Of a stretch of 64,000 bases of DNA, positions 36,501-49,900 are shown piece after piece. Under the pieces are notes generated by a model that did no database searches, was not told the origin of the DNA, and saw only the letters and a program-made list of their open reading frames with translations. Made by a program: the position numbers and the translations under genes. Origin of the DNA: Octopus sinensis (lineage: Eukaryota). Positions within the stretch are counted from its first letter, which is position 1, and each line of letters opens with the position of its first letter. The stretch is taken from contig NC_043006.1 in the NCBI RefSeq assembly GCF_006345805.1, forward strand, positions 6,262,001 to 6,326,000, written 5' to 3'.

Positions 36501-39500
36501 ACCCCTACCTCTACCCGGAATTCTTCACTGTACTCATTTCCAACCCTCACCCTACTAGCGGCTTCCCTATACATGGCCCGCACAGCTCTCACTAACCATT
36601 CATCTATCCCTAGTTTTCTCATTGCCCACCAGATAAGGGATCGGGGGACCCTGTCGAAGGCTTTCTCCATGTCAACAAAAACCAGGTACAGGGGCTTATC
36701 TTTGGCTAGGTATTTCTCCTGCAGCTGCCTTACCAGGAATATAGCATCAGTAGTACTTTTCCCTGGCACAAACCCACTATATATACATATATTGCCATGA
36801 TAGATCGTTAGCCACTACACACATTTTTTTTCTCTCCTTGTTTTTTTCTGTGTCCCTTTCTGTAGAAGAGCGTAGGCTCGAAACGTAAAAGACTTTTCCT
36901 ATTCCTGAGTGTTATACTAATACATCTGTTTGTTTTGTACACCACCTGTCTTCGTCTTTTGTGTTTTTTGTGAACTCTCCCCACACATTTATATATATGG
37001 GTATGATATAGATAGGTGACTTCTGCTAGAGGCCCACCCCTCAGGCAGATCAAAGCCTTGTGAGTGGATTTGGAAGATGGAAACTGAAAAGAAGCACATT
37101 GTGTGTGTTTGTGTACATCAGCAGTTGCTTTTGCAAATGTTCTGACACTCAAGTGTTGCTCTTGTCACTTCTGCCAATAAAACATTGGCTTACTTGATGC
37201 CTTCAAAACCATGAGGAACAAGAGATTCTTTATTTGAAAAACAGGTAGTAATTAGCTTCAGGAAGGGCAAGCATCCAGCTGTAAAAAATGCCTATTATTT
37301 GTCTAATCCATGCTTGTTAGGAAAAATGGGAGCGAAACAAACACACACACACACACACACAGAAGACATCAACATGATTTAGGCACATGCTATAAATAAG
37401 GGCAGGGATGATCTTTTACGAACATGATCTAAGCTAAGGTACTGATTATCTATGCAAAGAGCACCATATGAGTGTGATCGTTTGACAGAGCGGCTAAGTG
37501 GCTTCCATGCCAGTGGTACATAAAAGGGCACCATTCGAGTGTGATCGTTACCAGCGTTACCTTACTGGCACTTGTGCCTGTGCTAGTAGGGTGCCAAGGG
37601 CACCATCCAAGCGTGATTGTTGCCAGAGAAGCCAACTAGCTTCCGTGCTGTGGCACGTAAAAGGGCATCATTCGAGTGTGATTGTTACCAATGTCGCCTT
37701 ACTGGCACCTGTGCCGGTGGCATGTGTAAAAAGATCCGAGCGAGGTCATTGCCAGTACTGCCTGACTGGCCCCCATGCCGTGGCATGTAAAAAGCACCCA
37801 CAACACTCTCGGAGTGGTTGGCGTTAGGAAGGGCATCCAGCTGTAGAAACTCTGCCATATCAAGATTGGAGTCTGGTGCAGCCACCTGGTTTGCCAGCCC
37901 TCAGTCAAAGTCGTCGAACCCATGCTAGCATGGAAAATGGACGTTAAACGATGATGATGTACACATGGCACGAGAATGGATAAAGATTATTTGTTTTCTG
38001 TGTATAGTGTACATACAGAGACAGGGTTAGCAATTTCATAGAAATAATATAAAGAATGATATGGAACAACTCTCACCAACCAACAACTACAAAATACTCT
38101 TATCAAAATTAGAAATAAGATATTTACCTGTTTTCTATTTAGTCTTTGAGCAACGGAAGCATTATGGTCACAGATTTCTTCAAAAGATTTACCATTAAGT
38201 TTGTACATATTAGCAGTATTAATAAACCAGTCCATAGAAAGATCCTGAAAAGAATATGGGTACACTTAATTAGTAATATTAATGAGTTAAAGTATAATTA
38301 CATAATTACAAGAAAGGCAGAGAGTTAATGCTCAATTTTGTTCATTAACTGGGAATGGTAAGACGGAGTGGCTGTGTGGTAAGTAGCTTGCTTACCAACC
38401 ACATGGTTCCGGGTTCAGTCCCACTGCATGGCATCTTGGGCAAGTGTCTTCTGCTATAGCCTCGGGCCAACCAATGCCTTGTGAGTGGATTTGGTAGACG
38501 GAAACTGAAAGAAGCCTGTCGTATATATGTATATATATATATATATGTATGTATGTGTGTCTGTGTTTGTCCCCCTAGCATTGCTTGACAACCGATGCTG
38601 GTGTGTTTACGTCCCTGTCACTTAGCGGTTCGGCAAAAGAGGCCGATAGAATAAGTACTGGGCTTCCAAAGAATAAGTCCTGGGGTCGATTTGCTCGACT
38701 AAAGGCGGTGCTCCAGCATGGCCGCAGTCAAATGACTGAAACAAGTAAAAGAGTAAGAGATAATATGAAAATGAGAAAAGGTGAGATAATAACACTAATA
38801 ATAAGCTTATTGTATACAATGTTCAGCTGGACTTAATTTAGTAAATAATAGAAATAAACCAAAAACTAGTCAATCATAAAGAATAATAATTCTTTCTGCT
38901 ATAGGTAGAAGCCCTGAAATTTGGGGCTAATTGATTACATCAACCCCAATGCTCAAATGGGGTCTTATTTTACTGACCCTGAAAGGTTGAAAAGCAGAGG
39001 TAATTTGAATTCAGGAAGATTTGGAAGAAATGTCACTAGGTATTTTGACTGAGCTAAAATTGTGTCAGCTCCCTGCCTTAACAATGGTTTCAAATTTTGG
39101 CACAAGGCCAGCAATTTCAGGGAGGGGACAAATTGATTACATCAACCCAAGTGTTCAACTAAAACTTATTTAACTGACCCCAAAGAGATGAAAGACAAAA
39201 CTGACCCTGGTAGAATTTGAACTCAGAATGCTTAGTGGCATTTTGTCCAGTGTGCTAACAGTTCTGCCAGCTCACTGCCTTAATTCTTTTATAAAACCAA
39301 TAATAATAGTTGTGGCCATTATCATTTTAACATCCACTTTTCCAAGCTTGCATGGGTCGGATGGAATTTATTGAGGCAGATTTTCTTACTTGCTTCCAAG
39401 CAAGATGATATTTCCCCCATGTTGAGACACTTGTAGGATGGTGATGCTCATGCACAACCATCACATACTGACATGACAAGGGTACACACATACATACACA

Positions 39501-40907
39501 CACATACTTCTATATATATATTAATTATAATAAAGGGTTAATTGCAACAAGTTGCTCAAAACCACATGCCGAAAATATTAGAAATAGCAGCCAAATTTCT
39601 AGACTTATAGAAAATATTATATTGACAAGGAAATGAGCCTTTGGTTCTAATCCAGAAACGATTTGCCTATAATTAATCCATAGGCTGGGATTTCGTTATT
39701 TTCTTTCTTTTTACCATATACAGGTTACAAATTCTGTTTGTTTGTGGAGACTTTTTTATTAGTAGGAGAAATAGTGATCAATTTGGCTGCTATTTCTAAT
39801 ATTTTCGGCATGTGGTTTTGAGCAACTTGTTGCAATTAACCCTTTATTATAATTAATATAATCCTTACCAAATATGGTCTTCTCCATACCGATAAAACTA
39901 CTAGGTGAAATTTATTAATTTTATTAAATTAATTATATTTCACCCTTTTTTGCATATTGAATACTATATATATATTCTGTTGTGTCTGGGGAGAGTCGTT
40001 TTCTTTTTGTGCCTTATAATATAACACACTCACCGGTAAAATTTCCACTTTTTTCTTTTTTTTCCTTAAAATATAAAGAATCTTGGAAGCCAAATCCCAA
40101 AACGAAATATATATGTGTGTGTGTGTGTGTACATATATATATATATATATGTATATATATATTAATATATATATTTTTAATATTTTATCTAGTTTCAGCT
40201 CACAAGCTGTGGCCATGCTGGATCTATATATATATATTATGACAGGCTTCTTTCAGTTTCCATCTACCAATTCCACTTACATGGCTTTGGTCAATGCAGG
40301 GCTATAGTAGAAGACACTTGCACAAGTGCTATGCAGTGGGACTGAACCCAAAACCATGTGGTTGGCAGCTAGTTTCCCAATCACACGGCCCACACCTGCA
40401 CTTCAACAAAGCAACAGCTTTGTAATTGTGTCAGAAATGAGCAAACATGGTCAGAGTACTTACTGGGGAAGAATCGGATAGAAATAAATAAAGGTTGCTC
40501 TTGGCCCACATGTAAGGCTCAACAGTCTGTAGAATTTGGCAGACAGAACTTGGCGAAGAGGTAGAAGCTTCATCAACTGAAACAAAGTAAAAATACCTAC
40601 ATTAAATATTGAAATAACAGCAACAATTTCATCTGAAAAACTGAGATGGTTGAGTGCATCATCATTATAGCGGAGCTTCCATAAATATATTATATATACT
40701 CTTTTACTTGTTTCAGTCATTTGACTGCGGCCATGCTGGAGCACCGCCTTTAGTCGAGCAAATCGACCCCGGGACTTATTCTTTGTAAGCCCAGTACTTA
40801 TTCTATCGGTCTCTTTTGCCGAACTGCTAAGTGACGGGGACATGAACACACCAGCATCGGTTGTCAAGCAATGCTAGGGGGACAAACACAGACACACAAA
40901 CACACAC

Positions 40908-40956
<49 letters not shown>

Positions 40957-43900
40957 GACAGGCTTTCAGTTTCCGCCTACCAAATCCACTCACAAGACAT
41001 TGGTCTGCCCGGGGCTATAGCAGAAGACACTTGCCCAAGATGCCACGCAGTGGGACTGAACCCGGAAACATGTGGTTGGTAATCAAACTACTTACCACAC
41101 AGCCACTCCTGCGCCTGATATGTATCATCATCCTCATCATCATCTAACGTCTGTCTTCCATGCTGGCATGGGTTGGACGTTTTGACAGGAGCCAGCCAGA
41201 TAGAAGACTATGCCAGGCTGCTGTGCCCGCTTTGGTAGCGTTTTTATGGCTGGATGGCCTTCCTAACACCACCCTGTAGAGTGGACCGAGTGCTTTCGTT
41301 TGTTCCTTCTTGAGCCATGCCTGGCTCATAAGGGCCGGCTTCCCGGTCTCCGTGATGTATAGGTTCCCCACCTGGACAGGACGCCGGTCCATCACATGTG
41401 AGCTGCAAGTTGCAGGAGGAAAGATTGAGAGAAAGTTGTGGCGAAAGAGTCAGCAGAAGTTTCGCCATTACCTTCTGCCGGAGTTGCGTTGAGCTTAGGT
41501 GTTTTGCTCATAAACACACACATTGCCCGGTCTGGGATTCAAACCCACGATCCCTCGACCACGAGTCTGCTGCTCTAACCACTAGGCCATGTACCTCCAC
41601 ACACACTGAGTGCTTTTACATGGCACCAGCACAGGTGAGGTCAGTTTTGGCATAGTTTTTATAGCTGGATGCCCTTCCAAATGCCAACCATTTCACAGTG
41701 TGAACTGGATGCCTTTTACATAGCACCAGCACAACCTGCAAGACAAGGAATTTTGAGAGGGGACAGGGCAATAGAGGAGGTGATCTTGGGTCAGATGATG
41801 AAAGATATTAGAGTGTGACCGAGAGACAGAGATGTAGAAACAGGTGTCTTGTTATAGAGGAGGTATATGGTTACCCAGCCAAGAGAAAGGGGAGAGAAAC
41901 AGGTGTGCACTTTATCACCCTCTAACCCTTCATTCTTACATGAGTTCCCCTCCTCAAATGCCCCTGCCCCTCTCATAATTCCTTGTCTTGTGAGTTACTT
42001 GGTGACCCTGCCAGTGTTGGTACAACTAACCTTGCCTGTGCTTAGTGCCACGTAAAAAGCACCGACTCCAGTCTGCAAAGTGGTTGGTGTTAGGATTCTC
42101 TTTTTATAAGAATCATTAACTAATAAACAATTTCAGCAGTGATAACTAATTAGCTATAATTCATTGTGGATTGATAAAAACACTATCAATAACTTAATAT
42201 GGCTGTTAGACTCTTATCTACAAAACTGATTTTATGGTTTGTTACAATGGATTTCCGTGCCAGTGGCACATAAAAGGCACCATTCGAGCGTGATCGTTAC
42301 CAGCGTCGCCTTACTGGCACCTGTGCCGGTGGCATGTGTAAAAAGATTCGAGCGAGGTCATTGCCAGTACCGCCTGACTGGCCCCTGTGCCGGTGGCATG
42401 TAAAAGCACCTACTACACTCTCGGAGTGGTTGGCATTAGGAAGGGCATCCAGCTGTAGAAACTCTGCCAGATCAAGACTGGAGCCTGGTGCAGCCGTCTG
42501 GTTCGCCAGCCCTCAGTCAAAATCGTCCAGCCCATGCTAGCATTGGAAAGCGGACGTTAAACGATGATGATCTCTGCTCTACGTCAGTTTGATAATTACT
42601 CGTTTTCGACTAAACAAAACTGGAGACACCTATCTCAGGAAACTTTAAAAAGAACTAATAGAATACTTACAGTAGAACTGATTGGTAGGTTCGTGTATTT
42701 CCGACATTTGATCTCGATATGGTTTCAACAAATGTTCACACACAGCCTGAGCTACATCACCGTTTTTACTTATGTTCACTCCAACACGATTAATGTGTTC
42801 AAGTGGGCGTTGAGCCTCTTTAAAAATATTTTGGCACAAATAGCCATCACGACCACAGCTGAGGAGGATGTTGGGACTGTTTCTCCACTGAATACCTGAA
42901 ATCAAATGACGACAAGAGTAAGTTCAATATTCATAATAAAACTATTAAAAAAAAATACATTTGTGAGCAACTGTATTTTTATACACAGTTTTTATACAAA
43001 ATGTCTGAAAGTGTTGTTTTTTTTAAAATCTATTCTTAAGATATAACTTTAAAATTACACTGTTCTTAAATTTCTTTATTAGAAACACATACACCAAGAG
43101 AATACCCTCCATCAGGCATTTGCCATATTCTGAACACCTTACTTCCCTGGGCATGGATACACTGGAACTCCGACGTCTGACAGCTGACTTGGCGGACACC
43201 CATAAAATTATTAACCATCTTAGCAACAATAACTCTGAGCACCTTTTCAAACTCCACCTGTCTAACACCCGTGGACATGTTTACAAAGTCAGCTCCCATG
43301 ACTTTCGGAAACATTTTTTCAAGTTAAGTGTTGCTGAAGTATGGAACAAACTGCCGGCATCAGTTGTTAGGTGTTGGAGCACTGCATCCTTCAAAACTTC
43401 CATGCTTCCTGAGATTCGCCAACACTACTACACCTGATTTTCTCCCCTCCATACACACACACAAGCATGTATCTGACTCATACACTGTTCGCTTTCCAGA
43501 CATTTGTACATTACTGCATATGCTTTATATGCACTTTTGACAAGTTGTGGCGCACCTGAGCAGTGTATACAATAATTTCATTTATAAATACATTATTTAT
43601 AAAAAATGAAATGAAAATAATAGTGAAAATGTATTGATCTACATACCAGAAGCCACATCTTTGTGTCTGTTAAAGGCAGCCAGGGGAATGTACGGTCGAC
43701 GAATGTCCCAAATATTGACAGCAAAATCCACAAGGAGGGAACTGCTAGCTATAAGATATTTGTAGTCAGGTCGCCACTTACACCTAGCTACTGAGGCCAT
43801 GGTATGTACAACGTGAACGAGTTTCTTTGTAGGCATATCCCACACCTGATTTGGAAAACAAACACATAAATATATATATCAGACAAAAAACATCTCATAA

Positions 43901-46900
43901 AACAAATTTAAAAACTTTTATTGAAAGATGTTCTTTCCTTATCATCAAAAAGGTTGCATGGATATCTGCAACTCCAATACATCTCAACACCACATTCATA
44001 GCCACAACTTTTATCTTTGAGCTATCTGCTCTAATTTTTTCAACTACAATTATATAATGAAATGTTTAAAGATGTTCACAACAATACTTACTGTCTAATA
44101 TATTCTGCAAATGGGTTCAGATGTTCTCTCTATAATAGATATTTTCTCTATAGAGTAACAATTCTAACTTTATGTCATAAATATTTGGCTCCAGGTTGCT
44201 CTCAAGATAAGGAATAACAATGGTTCATATTGCCACTGTACAAAACAACGGACTATGTGTACTGAAGTAACATAAATGAGACTGAGTCTTGGTGACTTTT
44301 AATACAATTGAGAGGTAGACTTTTAAAACACTACTAGCACTATGACCCGGCGTTGCCAGATCATAGTGCTAGTGCATGCATATACAGCTGTGTGCGTGCG
44401 CACATACATGCAACTACTGTCCAAATCTCCAACCAATCACATACAGCCAGCTGGCATTCAATTGGCGTATCAAGTTTCGGGCATTTAGATTGGGTTTTGG
44501 ATAGAAAAGTCACTTCTATTGATATTTTAATGGTTTTGCAGGGTGACTGTGGAAATGTAAAGATGTGCATGACCACCCTTAGATGGTTTTGAATGACCAT
44601 AGAAAGTGCGAGCCCTCTAACTGAAAAATTGTGGATTTGTATAAAGGACACACACACACACATTTTGCCATTTATATATAGAGATATACAAGGGATGACA
44701 ACAGTGTAGAATCTCTCTCATTGCAAGGCCTTCAATACAATTTCTTTTGTGATGCAGTGATGTTACTTGAATAACATATATTTACCTGGTGCTGACATAC
44801 AGCACCAGGTAAATGCATGCAGGTAGAATATCTAATTATCTTGCTACAAGAGAAAACATCACTGAAGAAGTTAACCAGAAGTACTCTGAGATTTTAAGTG
44901 GTGGGGTTTTTCAGGTCAATAAATAATCTGCTCAGAAAGTGAAAAATAAATGCAATATTTGATACATGAAAGCAAGGCAGAGAAAAGTCGACCTGAATAC
45001 TGAACCAACTAACATTTACTTACAAGTTCTTATTTACCTTGAATTGGGTCTTCAACTGAAGATCAATATGTCCAACTTCAAATTGCCATGCTGCTCACCA
45101 TGACTCTGGCTCCGGGAATTTTCATCAGTGAGGTTAACTCCTCTTTATACACACTACTGAAAGGCCATTAACTTGTACAGGTTCCCCCACCCTTTGACAA
45201 GATGAAAAACTAACTATGAAGTGCCAGAACTCCATATTAATTTTCAAGTAGTTGAAGTGACTTAATGAACCACCAGTTCCATCAACTGGAAATAATTCAC
45301 TAATTGCATTGAATGTTAACTGAAGAGGGTCTTCTGTCCACACTGTCTTGTAGTTTCACCAAATGAAGATCATATCATCATCATCATTGTTTAACGTCCG
45401 TTTTCCATGCTAGCATGGATTGGACAGTTCAACCGAGGTCTGGAAAGCCAGGAGGCTGCACCAGGCTCCAGTCTGATCTGGCAGTGTTTCTAGAGCTGGA
45501 TGCCCTTCCTAACTCCAACCACTGAGTGTAGTGGGTGCTTTTTACGTGCCACCGGCACAGGTGCCAGGGGAGGCTGGCAACGGCCACGATCAGTTGGTGC
45601 TTTTTACGTGCCACCGGCACGGAAGCCAGTCAAGGCAGCGCTGGCATCGGCCACGTTCGGATGGTGCTTTTTACGTGCCACCGGTACAGGGATCACAACT
45701 ACAATTCCCATTTGATTTTTTGATGTTGATGTACTTGACTCGTCAAATGAAAATCTGAAGATCAATATTCCCAACTTCATACCCTCCATACTGCTCCCCA
45801 TAACTTCACTATGACTGACTCTGGGATTTTTCAGCATTGAGGTTAATCCCTCTTTATACACACTGCTGAAAGTTGACTCATACAAGTTCCTCCACCCTTT
45901 GACAGGATGAAAAACCAACATTTAAAGCATACAATATCAGACAACATTACTTACTTTTATAGCTCTATCTCTTCCACCGGTGGCAAGCCAGTTTTTGTCC
46001 ATAGGGTTCCAGTCCAGTGTGAACACTGGTCCTGTATGAGCTGTTATCTCTCTATCAGGACGATCTGGACGTCGAATATCCCATTCCTATTTGTTTGAAA
46101 GAAAAAAAAGAAAAACTGTAATGCTTCCGTTACCAAATTTCTGCTGAAATACTGAAATACATTGTCTTTGCTTCATTTAAGTTTGAAAATAATGGAGAAT
46201 TTAGCAAGACAACTTTGTCACAATTAGGCTGCAGTTTGGAACATAAATTAACATAATCTTTTGATGGACACTTTTAACAAAAGTTCACTTCAAAACAAGA
46301 AATTTGTATCAAAGGACAAGAGGGTGGTCTCAGTGAGGTTGGTAACAAAAATGTTGAGCAACAGATCCAGTGGTCAGGAATTAAAGATCAAAATTTAGTC
46401 AAGTTTAGAAATAGACAAGAATGTCAACTGAAGATAATTGCAGACAATTGAATGAAATGCTGTCAATGTGAGACGACAGACATCTAAGATAAGGGAAAAC
46501 AGTCAGCAAACAAATCATCATCATCGTTTAACGTCCGCTTTCCATGCTAGCATGGGTTGGACGATTTTGACAGAGGGCTGGTGAACCAGATGGCTGCACC
46601 AGGCTTCAATCTTGATCTGGCAGAGTTTCTACAGCTGGATGCCCTTCCTAACGCCAACCACTCTGAGAGTGTAGTGGGTGCTTTTTTACATGCCACCGGC
46701 ACAGGGGCCAGTCAAGTGGTACTGGCGACGACCTCGCTTGAATCTTTTTACACATGTCACCGGCACAGGTGCCAGTAAGGCGACGTTGGTAACGATCACG
46801 CTCGAATGGTGCCCTTTTACGTGCCACTGGCACGGAGGCCAGATGGCCGCTCTCAGTATAAATAACTCATTTTAAAAATACAATATTGTTATTATTGCCA

Positions 46901-49900
46901 CTGCTGCCATCATCATCATTTAGCATCTATTTTCTATGCTGGTACAGAGTGAATGGTTTGAGAGAATCTGATGAGTGGTGGGTGGGAGTGTTGTGCTTAA
47001 TGTCTGCTTCAAGCATGATTTCCATGGACTATAATAGACTAGTTAGTAACCTATTCTATTGGAAAAGTAAATTTCTCAACTGTTTGCAATAATCAAGAAT
47101 CAAAGCAAAGTGTAAGAAAAAAAAACAAAACTTTTAATGACCTGAACAATGCCATTTTCCAATCCGGCAGCAAAGCGGAAATATCCCGAACTCTGTGGAC
47201 AAAACTGAACATCACGAACACTTTCTTTGGCTGAAAATGTTGTGCTCACATCTTTCCGTCTGATGTCCTATAAAGATAATAAAAATCCTTGGTATAGATA
47301 AAGCAGAAATATATAATCAGAGATGAAATTCAGTTGAATGAAGGAAAAAGGTTCTGAAATGATTATTGCATGGAGAAGGCCTCTAAAATAATTATAGAAA
47401 ATTATTGAATTTACATGGATGTAATTTTATAATCAATTATCATATTACATGCATTTTCAATGGTGTGTGAAATGATTCGGATAAACAGGTGAAGAAGCGG
47501 TAATGGCCTTACGAATATTTTCATATCTCCATCTTGAGAACCACTGAGGAGAAGGGAAGGTTCTTTGTTATGAAAAGTAACTCTGTGAACAGTTCTCTTG
47601 TGTGACATATAAACATGATCTGTAAGGAGAACGATTAATCGTGGTGAATGTATACAACATAAAACTCTTTTGAAAATATTAATGTATTTTATTAAAAGAA
47701 TATATAGAAATTTATTTGTTACTAGCAGTATCGCCTGGCGTTGCCCAGGTTCATTTCGACACTTTAGAATTAGAATTTTTGAAAAGTAAAAACTTTGCAT
47801 TATATAGCTTGTCATTCTCTTTAAGTGAACATTTTTCTGGTTGAAATACACCGAAAAATGGCGACACAGCAGTCAAAAAAAATCACAAAAAATAAGGATT
47901 TTCATAGAAAAAAAGCACTTTTGTGATGTAAATAATTTTTGGTGTTAACATGGTCCGATTTTAATTTTTTCTTTTACGGAATGAAGAGCAAGCCTTCTTC
48001 TATCATACTCTCAATTTTGGTCAACTTGCGCCGCAAGTGTACTTGGGGGAGATAGTGTTAGTTGAAGGCTACCAAACCTGCCATACATGGACAACTTCAG
48101 CTTTATATATATAGATTAATTAATTATAAAGAGATAAAAAGCTGATTGATGTTGTTTCCAACTGATTTTTACTGCATGAAATATTTTTAGTGATGCTTTA
48201 GTCTTAAGATTATTAACTTTTGTAAGAAAGTAAGATAAGAAAATAAGGAAAAAGTCAACACTTACAGAGCTTAGAACGGGAGGATTTCTGTAAATCCCAA
48301 ACTACAACAGAACTATTGGTTGCCGCGGAAGCTATCTTGTTTTCTGAGAAAAGAGAATATATTGATCAATTCTTGTATTACCAAGAAACAGACTGGGAAA
48401 AACCTAATATTTATTTCTTTACTACCCACAAGGGGGCTAAACAAGGACAAACGATTAAATCGATTATATCGACCCCAGTGTGCAACTGGTACTTATTTAA
48501 TAGACCCTGAGAGGATGAAAGGCAAAGTCGACCTCGGCGGAATTTGAACTCAGAATGTAACAGTAGACGAGATATGGCTACGCATTTCGCTCGGCGTGCT
48601 AACGTTTCTGTCAGCTCGCCGCCTTAAGAATATTCTTATACAGTTCAACTATTTTCTGTTAGTTTCTATTAATTAGAAGCATACATAATCAAAAATTGCA
48701 GCTGTTTTAATTCCTTTATAGTTGTAGGATTTCAACTGAATTTGTTTCATTTTGTAAAAATATTTGAAACACTTTGTTTTTAGAGGTTAAAATAAGAAAC
48801 AAAAGGCCAGAACAGAACTGGTTTATTGGTGTAGGAGGGGAGCTATGATTGCAAAAATTATACTTTAAAACAATTGCATAGTTACTTGCTTTTGACTTGC
48901 TTGTGTTACACTGAGAAAAGCTGCAAACATACAAAGAATTGTTTGAGTTCTAATCCAATATTTTCAATGAAATTTCAATTTGAACATCCACAAAGGGAAA
49001 TCATCATCATCATCATCATCGTTTAGCGTCCGCTTTCCATGCTAGCATGGGTTGGACGGTACAACAGGGATCTGGGAAGCCAGAAGGCTGCACCAGGCTC
49101 TAGTCTTATCTGGCAGTGTTTCTACAGCTGGATGCCCTTCCTAATGCCAACCACTCCGTGAGTGTAATGGGTGCTTTTTACGTGCCAGGCGAGGCTAGCA
49201 TTGGCTACGGTCAGATTGGTGCATTTTACGTGCCACCGGCACGGAAGCCAGTCGAGGCAGCACTGGCATTGGCCACGATTCGGATGGTGCTTTTTACGTG
49301 CCACCGGCATCGGCCATGAACAAAAATCTGAATCCAAGAAACATTGGTGTTCTTTGAATACAACATACTGCTTAAATCTGTAATAATGGTTTCAAATTTT
49401 GGTATAAGGCGAGCAAGCTCAGAGGAGGGGAGTAAGTCGATTATATCAACACCAGTGTTCAACTGGTGCTTATTTTATCAACCTCAAGAGGAACAAAAGG
49501 CATAGTTGACCTCGGGTGACATTTAAAGACAGAATGTAAGGATGAACGAAATGCAGCTAAGAATTTTCCCCAGCATGCTGACAATTCTGCCAACCCATTG
49601 CCTTGCTTAAATTTGTAATAATGGAGAAGGCCTTCAAGACTAAATTTCAAGAAGGAAAGGTGAAGGTATTTGGATGTTGATCAAATAATCCAACCATTTC
49701 AATTCAAAGGCTGTGTATAAATGTAAGAATTAAACTGTTCAAGAGAAATAACTTTAAGAGATATAAGAAAATAAAGAATGCTACAACTCTGCACTTGTAA
49801 ATCCAGAACAATGATAAACGAGTATGCAAAGTTCGTGTTGTGTTGCCTATATAAAACGCCATACATTTGTTGCATTCTATTTGGTATATTACAATCAATG

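Noticed and set aside
24584-48115. All four Helitrons oriented in sense with WDR24
   Set aside because: Four of four in one orientation is easily chance (1 in 8).
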